64,000 bases of DNA. It comes from a bacterium (GTDB taxonomy: Bacteria > J088 > JAWLBW01). Below, piece by piece: positions 57,879-64,000 of this stretch. The notes beneath the pieces were generated by a model, which was not told the origin of the DNA, made no database searches, and saw nothing but the letters and a program-made list of their open reading frames with translations. Both the position numbers and the translations under genes were made by a program. Position 1 is the first letter of the stretch, and each line of letters opens with the position of its first letter. Location: assembly GCA_041690355.1 (NCBI GenBank), contig JAWLHK010000004.1:124001-188000 (forward strand). Direction: 5' to 3'.

Positions 57879-58706
57879 TCAGCTCTCTTCCCCGAGGGCG
57901 CTTGTGAGAGCGGGCGCGTCGTCGCTGAAGAGTCCGGTCGCGCCGGACACGATGAGCGTCCGCGCAACGGCGGCGTCATTCACGGTATAGACATTCACGG
58001 CAAACCCCTTGGCTCGGGCGCCGGCCATGCGCGTGGCATCCGCCGAAAACACGTCGGCATGCACCGCGACGGCGCCGACCTCCTGCGCCGCGGCCAGCGC
58101 CTCGTCCCAGCGGCCGCCTTCGAAAAGAACCGCAAGGCGCGTACGGCGATCGAGCGTGCGGTAGTACCGCAGCAAGTCGTGATCGAAAGAGCTGACGAGT
58201 ACGTCGCAGGCGCCGCTCCCCAGCAGCCCGGCGAGCGCCGCGGCCAGCTCACGGTCGAGCGCCCCGCCCGAAGCCACCTTCATTTCGACATTCACGAGCC
58301 CGCGCCCGCGCCAACGTGCCAGCACGTCAGAAAGCAGGGGGACGCGTTCTCCGGCAAACCGCCGATCCTTCCACGAGCCGACGTCGATGGCGGCAAGCGC
58401 AGCATACGTCAGGTCCCCGATCCGCTCGCCCCGACCGGCTATGCGCTGCAGGTTGTCGTCGTGAAACACGGCCAGCTTGCCGTCGCGGGTCCGCTGAACA
58501 TCCAGCTCCAAGGCTTCGCAGCCGGCATCGAGCGCGGCGTCGAAGGCCGCCATCGTATTCTCGGGAAACGATGCAGACAGGCCCCGGTGAGCAAAGATGG
58601 TGATCGCTGCGCTGAAGCGCTCGGCTTGCATGCGGGTCGTGCTTTCATGGCCGCGAACGGATTCGGCAGTCGGCTGCGCCACCGGCTGCACCGCGGGCGG
58701 GTTCAA
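57879..58706 (-). CDS. Glycerophosphodiester phosphodiesterase
   Basis: AHRG..PENT, ELDVQRTRDG, HD, NVEMK, SSFD, YTVND; start uncertain. Confidence 0.92.
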   Translation of the reverse strand: MNPPAVQPVAQPTAESVRGHESTTRMQAERFSAAITIFAHRGLSASFPENTMAAFDAALDAGCEALELDVQRTRDGKLAVFHDDNLQRIAGRGERIGDLTYAALAAIDVGSWKDRRFAGERVPLLSDVLARWRGRGLVNVEMKVASGGALDRELAAALAGLLGSGACDVLVSSFDHDLLRYYRTLDRRTRLAVLFEGGRWDEALAAAQEVGAVAVHADVFSADATRMAGARAKGFAVNVYTVNDAAVARTLIVSGATGLFSDDAPALTSALGEES

Positions 58707-58762
58707 AACTGTTCAGCTTATCACAAGGCGGCGGCGCAAGCCCCTGCTGCCGGGCGGCACGT

Positions 58763-59614
58763 TCACAGGGTCAGCGCGAAGACGCCGGCGATCATGAGGG
58801 CCGCGCCCGCGACGCGCGACCACCCCGCCGCCTCGCCGAAGAAGAGCCTGCCCCAGAGCACCGCGAACAGAAGGCTGCTGCGCTTGACCGCGATCATATA
58901 TGCCGCCGGCGCCAGGGCAATGGCCTGAAAGTGCAGGATCACCATGAGGCCGTAGAGTACGGCAATCGCCGCGAGCAGTAGAAACGGGGTGCGGGTCAGT
59001 CCGGCGCGGCGGGGGCCGCTCGCGAGCACCGGCGTCAAGGTCAAGGCGACCGCGGCCGGATAAAACGCCCCGAAGAACGAGGGCGACGACAGCAGGACGA
59101 GCTTCTTGCCCAGCGCAGCCGTGACGCTGTAGAGAAGCGCCACGAGCAGCATGAGCCGGCTCCCCGGCTCGGTCGCCAGGCCGCGAAACGGCGCGAGCCA
59201 GCCCCCCTGACGGCGCAGGTGGAGCACGTAGGCCCCGCCGGTCACGAGCAGGACCCCGGCGGCCCCCGCAGGCTCCGGACGCTCACCGAGCAGCAGCCAG
59301 CCGGTCAACAGCAGAAAGACCGGGGTAAACGCCAGCATCGGTACCGAGAGCGAAAGGGGCGACAGGGCGATGGCCCGGTTATAGAGAATGATGGCGGCGA
59401 CTTCGAGCGGGATGGCCACGGCCAGGTAGCCGAGAAAGGGGCCGAACGCGGGCCAGGGCGTTACGAGCAGCAGCGGCAGGGTCACGAGGGCCGCGCCGGC
59501 GAACTTCAGCCACCCCACGGCCGCCGCATCGGCATGGGCCATGGCCCGCTTGGCCAACACGTCGGTCAACGAGAGGCTGAGCGCCGCCCCCAAAGCCAGC
59601 CAAACCCACAGCAT
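58763..59614 (-). CDS. EamA/DMT family transporter
   Basis: About 10 TM helices; SPLSL..FTPVF..LLGE; KRSSLLF..FFGE. Confidence 0.88.
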   Translation of the reverse strand: MLWVWLALGAALSLSLTDVLAKRAMAHADAAAVGWLKFAGAALVTLPLLLVTPWPAFGPFLGYLAVAIPLEVAAIILYNRAIALSPLSLSVPMLAFTPVFLLLTGWLLLGERPEPAGAAGVLLVTGGAYVLHLRRQGGWLAPFRGLATEPGSRLMLLVALLYSVTAALGKKLVLLSSPSFFGAFYPAAVALTLTPVLASGPRRAGLTRTPFLLLAAIAVLYGLMVILHFQAIALAPAAYMIAVKRSSLLFAVLWGRLFFGEAAGWSRVAGAALMIAGVFALTL

Positions 59615-59669
59615 TCCGGCATTTTAGCAGCATCCGGCGTGTGGACAAAGAAGAGAGGCCTATGCTACT

Positions 59670-60551
59670 TTGATGTTTTCTGCGGCCCCGTACGTGAAAG
59701 CTCCCACCCGCGTCGGCATCATCGGTAAAGAAAAGGATCCGGCGCCAAGACTGGCCGGCGAGATCGAGGCCTGGTTCCGGGCGCGCGGCGTCGAGGTCCA
59801 TGTCGAGCGCGAGCTTTCCCTCCTCTCCGGCCTGGGCGACGGAGTTGCGCGCACCCAGCTCCCCGACACGGTCGAACTCCTGCTCGTGCTCGGTGGCGAC
59901 GGCACCCTGCTCAGCGTCGCCCGCCTGGTGGGCTCGCGGCAGACCCCCGTACTCGGTATCAATCTGGGATCGCTCGGTTTTCTGACCGAAGTCTCGACCG
60001 ACGAGCTCTGGGGCTCGCTCGAGAAGATCATGCAGGGGGCCGGCGAAATCGAGCCGCGCATGATGCTTGACGTGGCCGTCTTCCGCCATGAAGAGAAAAT
60101 TGCCCAGTACCACTGCCTGAACGACGTCGTCATCAACAAGGGCGCCCTCGCGCGCATTATCGAGCTCGAGACCTCCGTGGGGGCCGACCGCCTCACCACC
60201 TACCGGGCCGACGGGCTCATCATCTGCGGGCCGACGGGTTCGACCGCATACAACCTCTCGGCCGGCGGCCCCATGATCCATCCTGGAATGGAGTGCATGG
60301 CCGTCACGCCCATCTGCCCGTTCACGCTCTCGAACCGCTCCATGGTCCTGCGTCCCGACGTCACGCTTGCCATCACCCTTGCGTCGCAGTCTGGCGACTG
60401 CTTTCTGACCCTCGACGGGCAGGTCGGTTTCGGCCTCCAGCAGGGCGATCGCGTCGAGGTCCGGCGCGCCGCGTTCGATTTTCAGCTCGTTCGCAGCCTG
60501 ACCCGGAGCTACTTCGAAATCGCGCGCACCAAACTCAAGTGGGGCGGCTGA
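59670..60551 (+). CDS. nadK: NAD(+) kinase
   Basis: LGGDGTLL, GINLGSLGFL, LND, DGLII..PTGSTAYNLSAGG; true start may be GTG at 59694. Confidence 0.96.
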   Translation: MMFSAAPYVKAPTRVGIIGKEKDPAPRLAGEIEAWFRARGVEVHVERELSLLSGLGDGVARTQLPDTVELLLVLGGDGTLLSVARLVGSRQTPVLGINLGSLGFLTEVSTDELWGSLEKIMQGAGEIEPRMMLDVAVFRHEEKIAQYHCLNDVVINKGALARIIELETSVGADRLTTYRADGLIICGPTGSTAYNLSAGGPMIHPGMECMAVTPICPFTLSNRSMVLRPDVTLAITLASQSGDCFLTLDGQVGFGLQQGDRVEVRRAAFDFQLVRSLTRSYFEIARTKLKWGG

Positions 60552-62209
60552 TGCTGTTGCGCCTGCAGGTCGAAAACGTCGCGCTCGCCGAGCGGGTCGA
60601 GCTGGAGCCGGGCCCGGGGCTCACCATCCTCACCGGTGAAACCGGGGCCGGCAAGTCACTCATGGTCGACGCCCTCTCGCTGCTCCAGGGAGCACGCGGA
60701 GCCGTCGAGTTCATTCGCACGGGAGCGGCGACGGCCGTCATCGAGGCGACCTTCTGCATTGCCGACGCCGCACGCCTCGCAGAACTTGCCGAGCGGGGCA
60801 TCGAACCCGACGGCGATGAGATCATCGTGCGCCGCGTGCTTTCGCGCGAAGGCCGCCACCGCACGTTCGTGAACGGAAGCCAGATACCCTCCGGAGTCGC
60901 GGGCGAGCTGCTCGGCGACCTGCTCGAGATCCACGGCCAGCACGAGCAGCAGAGCCTGCTGCGCCCTGCAGAACATCTGCGCCTTCTGGACGCGGCAGCC
61001 GGCTTGACCGGTGACGCTGAGGCCTATCGCGAGCGTTACGACCGCTTGCGCAGTCTGCTGGCCGAAGAGGCCGAGCTCGAGACGCGCACCCGCGAGCGCG
61101 AGCAGCGCATTGACTTTCTGCGCTACCAGATCGACGAAATCGAGCGGGTGCGGCCGCGCGCCGGCGAGTGGGATGAGCTGGAGGGCGAGCGGCGGCGCCT
61201 TGAAAATGCCGAAAAGCTGGCGGCAGTCTGTAACGAAGGCGAAACCGTGCTTTACAGCGAAGAATCATCCGTCAGCGACCGCGTCAAAAGCCTGAGCCGG
61301 CGCCTCGCCGAGGCCGCACGGTGGGATGCCCGCTTCGGCGCCTGGGCCGGCGAGGCCGAGGAGCTGGCCATCCGCGCCCAGGAGCTCGCCCGCAGCCTCG
61401 AAGACTACGGCCGGCACGTCGAGTCGGACGGCGCCCGCCTGAACGATATCAACGAACGCCTCGACGCCCTGGCGCATCTGCGCCGCAAGTACGGGGAACT
61501 GGAAGACCTCGAGGCCGAACTCGAGCGCATGCGCGCCGAGCTGCGCAACCTCGAAAACCAGGGCGATCGCGCCCAGTCGGTCGCCCGCGAACGCGAAGCC
61601 GCCGAGGGCGAGGTGCGAAAACGCGCCGCCGCGCTGACCAAGGCGCGCAAAGCCGCGGCGCCGCGATTTGCCGCCCAGCTTACCGAGGCGTTGCGCCCCC
61701 TGGGCATGCAGGAAGCCGTCGTCGAATGGCGGATCAGTGTCGATGAGACGGCGGGGCCGAGCGGCTTCGACGCGGCCGAACTTCTACTTTCGGCCAACCG
61801 CGGTGAGCCGGCCCGGCCCCTGCACAAGGTGGCCAGCGGCGGCGAACTGTCCCGCGTCATGCTGGCGTTGCATACGGTTTCGCTCGAAGCGGGCGGGCCC
61901 GCGTGCGTCGTCTTCGACGAAATCGACGCGGGTATCGGCGGCGAAGTCGGCGACGCCATCGGCCGCGCCCTGCGGCGCGTGGCCTCACGGGTGCAGGTTC
62001 TCTGCGTTACGCACCTGCCCCAGATTGCCGTGTACGCACATGCGCACTACATCGTACGCAAGCGGGTCGCGGGCGAGCGCACGGTATCTGAAATCGCTTC
62101 TCCCGCGGCCGACGAACGGCTCGCCGAACTCGGCCGCATGCTCGGCGGCCGTGACGACGATGCCTCGCGCAACCATGCGCGGGCAATGCTCGAAAGGGCC
62201 GCCGGATGA
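60551..62209 (+). CDS. recN: DNA repair protein RecN
   Basis: TGETGAGKS, IHGQHEQ, ASGGELSR, FDEIDAG, VTHLPQIA; TGATG overlap with nadK. Confidence 0.97.
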   Translation: MLLRLQVENVALAERVELEPGPGLTILTGETGAGKSLMVDALSLLQGARGAVEFIRTGAATAVIEATFCIADAARLAELAERGIEPDGDEIIVRRVLSREGRHRTFVNGSQIPSGVAGELLGDLLEIHGQHEQQSLLRPAEHLRLLDAAAGLTGDAEAYRERYDRLRSLLAEEAELETRTREREQRIDFLRYQIDEIERVRPRAGEWDELEGERRRLENAEKLAAVCNEGETVLYSEESSVSDRVKSLSRRLAEAARWDARFGAWAGEAEELAIRAQELARSLEDYGRHVESDGARLNDINERLDALAHLRRKYGELEDLEAELERMRAELRNLENQGDRAQSVAREREAAEGEVRKRAAALTKARKAAAPRFAAQLTEALRPLGMQEAVVEWRISVDETAGPSGFDAAELLLSANRGEPARPLHKVASGGELSRVMLALHTVSLEAGGPACVVFDEIDAGIGGEVGDAIGRALRRVASRVQVLCVTHLPQIAVYAHAHYIVRKRVAGERTVSEIASPAADERLAELGRMLGGRDDDASRNHARAMLERAAG

Positions 62210-62682
62210 AACCGCTGCACGCCATCCCGGGAACAATCCGGCGGGCGCGCATGCCCGACGCGCGCTTGATTCACGACATCATCGAGCCGCACGCCAAATC
62301 GGGGGCCATGCTCGCCCGGCCACTGGGCGACATCTACGAGAATCTCCGCGACTTTCTCGTTTTCGATGCCGGCAAGCAGGTGCTCGGCGTCGTGGCGCTT
62401 CACTTTGCGTGGAGCAACCTGGCCGAATTGCGCAGCCTGGCCGTGCTCGACAAGTACGCGGGACAGGGGGTGGGCGGCCGCCTGATCGAGGCCTGCCTTG
62501 AAGAGGCGCGCGCCTACGACATCGCCCAGGTGTTCACGCTTACCTACAAGCCGGACCTTTTCCGCCGCTTCGGGTTTCGGGAGGTCAACAAAGAGATTTT
62601 CCCGCAGAAAATCTGGAAAGACTGCATGAAGTGCCCGTTCCAGCATGATTGCCGCGAAATCGCCATGCTGGTCGAGGTCTGA
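62206..62682 (+). CDS. GNAT N-acetyltransferase (short ArgA-like amino-acid acetyltransferase)
   Basis: YENLRDF, LAELRSLAV, GQGVG, VFTLT, KIWKDCMKCP. Confidence 0.85.
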   Translation: MKPLHAIPGTIRRARMPDARLIHDIIEPHAKSGAMLARPLGDIYENLRDFLVFDAGKQVLGVVALHFAWSNLAELRSLAVLDKYAGQGVGGRLIEACLEEARAYDIAQVFTLTYKPDLFRRFGFREVNKEIFPQKIWKDCMKCPFQHDCREIAMLVEV

Positions 62683-62692
62683 GAGGTGTCCC

Positions 62693-64000
62693 GTGGATGA
62701 GTCACGACTGAACGAATGGACGCGCAGGCTCGAGCGTCTGAACGAAGAGTGGGAGCTCTACGCGGTCGATTCGCAGAGCACCGGCATTGAGGTGCGCCAG
62801 AGCGAGGTCGACGCCTTCAAGACGAGCCGCAACCAGGGGATCGCTCTGCGCGTACGGCGCGAAGGGCGCATCGGATTCTCGTTTTCGACGAGCCTCGAGC
62901 CCGAGGCCTTTGAGCGCATGATCGAGCAGGCGCGCGCCGCCGCCCAGGCCATGCCCGCCAATCCGCACGCACGTTTCTCGACCGACGACACGGCGGCACC
63001 CCGGCTCGACCTGGTCGACCCGGCGGGACCCCGGTCGACCGAGGAGAAGATCGATGCGGCGCGCAGGATCGAGGCTGCCGCTCTGGCGGCCGACCCCCGG
63101 GTGCGCCGGGTACGCAAGGCCAGTTATGCAGAAAGCGACGGCGGCGAATGGCTGATCAACTCGCACGGCATCCGGCGGCATGCCCGCGGCACGTTCTTTT
63201 CGGCCTCGGTACTTGCCATCGCCGAAGCCGACGGTGAAAGCGAATCGGGGGGTGAGTTTCTCTTCGGGCGCTCTTGGGACGCACTTGATTTCGAGTGGAT
63301 CGGAAGAGAGGCGGCCCGGCGCGCGGCGGCCGGCCTCGGGGGCAAACCCATGGGCACGGGCACCCGGCCGGTCGTGCTCGAAAATCGAGTGGTCGCCGAT
63401 CTGCTCGGCGTGTTATCCTCTTCCTTTCTCGGCGAATCCGTCCAGCGTAACCGTTCGCTGCTCGCCGGAAAACTGGGCGAGCCGATCATGGCTCCGTTCG
63501 TGAACCTGGTCGACGACGGCCTCGATGTACGCGGGTCGGGCGCGTTTCCCTTCGACGGCGAAGGCACCCCCCACCGTACGACGGTCCTGGTCAACGGCGG
63601 CGTTCTTCAGACCTATCTGTACGATCTGGAGACCGGAGCCATCGACCGCGCCGAATCGACCGGCAACTCGTCGCGCGGCGGCTTCAGAGCCCCGCCCGGA
63701 CCGGGAACGACGAACCTGCGCCTGGAGCAAGGTGACGGAGAGCTCGAGGATCTTTGCCGTGCGGCCGGTGACGGGTTGCTCATCACCGATCTGCTCGGCC
63801 TGCACACGGCCAACCCGATCAGCGGAGATTTCTCCCTGGGCGCCGTGGGTTTTGAAATCACCGGCGGCCGGATCGGCAGGCCGGTGCGGGGCGTGGCCGT
63901 TGCCGACAATGTGCTCGGCCTGTTCCGCAAAGCGACGCGCATCGGCGGGGATTTCCGCTATTTTGGTTCGCTGGGGGCAGCGAGCCTGCTGGTGCCCGAC
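62693..64000 (+). CDS. pmbA: TldD/PmbA family protein, PmbA-type (runs off window end; not in ORF track)
   Basis: GTG after SD GAGG; GIALRV...GRIGFS, FPFDGEGTP, STGNSSRG, HTANPISGDFSLG; no HExxxH seen. Confidence 0.88.
   Translation, partial: MDESRLNEWTRRLERLNEEWELYAVDSQSTGIEVRQSEVDAFKTSRNQGIALRVRREGRIGFSFSTSLEPEAFERMIEQARAAAQAMPANPHARFSTDDTAAPRLDLVDPAGPRSTEEKIDAARRIEAAALAADPRVRRVRKASYAESDGGEWLINSHGIRRHARGTFFSASVLAIAEADGESESGGEFLFGRSWDALDFEWIGREAARRAAAGLGGKPMGTGTRPVVLENRVVADLLGVLSSSFLGESVQRNRSLLAGKLGEPIMAPFVNLVDDGLDVRGSGAFPFDGEGTPHRTTVLVNGGVLQTYLYDLETGAIDRAESTGNSSRGGFRAPPGPGTTNLRLEQGDGELEDLCRAAGDGLLITDLLGLHTANPISGDFSLGAVGFEITGGRIGRPVRGVAVADNVLGLFRKATRIGGDFRYFGSLGAASLLVPD

Overview
High-GC bacterial chromosomal window made mostly of core genes. 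The proC-yggT-divIVA-yggU operon, a DUF4388 protein, MaeB, LptD and many lipoproteins suggest a Gram-negative deltaproteobacterium-like lineage (inference). Contents in order: a PI-PLC lipoprotein; two tandem paralogous acidic surface lipoproteins with duplicated regulatory flanks; the proC operon; uppP; ccdA; a phosphodiesterase; a transglutaminase; an extended rpmH-rnpA-yidD-yidC operon with no adjacent dnaA; nucleotide-sugar genes; a TPR lipoprotein; a DD-carboxypeptidase; a large, probably inactive PHP-like lipoprotein; tRNA-Pro(CGG); maeB; fmt-rsmB; pdxJ; a B12 acyl-CoA mutase with isobutyryl-CoA-mutase residues; queF; a 12-gene surface-polysaccharide operon with two AsnB amidotransferases and a nucleotidyltransferase; lptD; nadK-recN-GNAT-pmbA. 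No transposase, integrase, CRISPR array or rRNA was seen. The most unusual signals are (i) intergenic heptamer arrays and two dispersed composite or palindromic repeat families, (ii) the duplicated lipoprotein cassette with different insert domains and conserved structured flanks, (iii) Ala-Ala C-termini on 7 of 12 polysaccharide-operon proteins, and (iv) several apparently leaderless genes. All family calls come from motif recognition by eye; no database searches were run.
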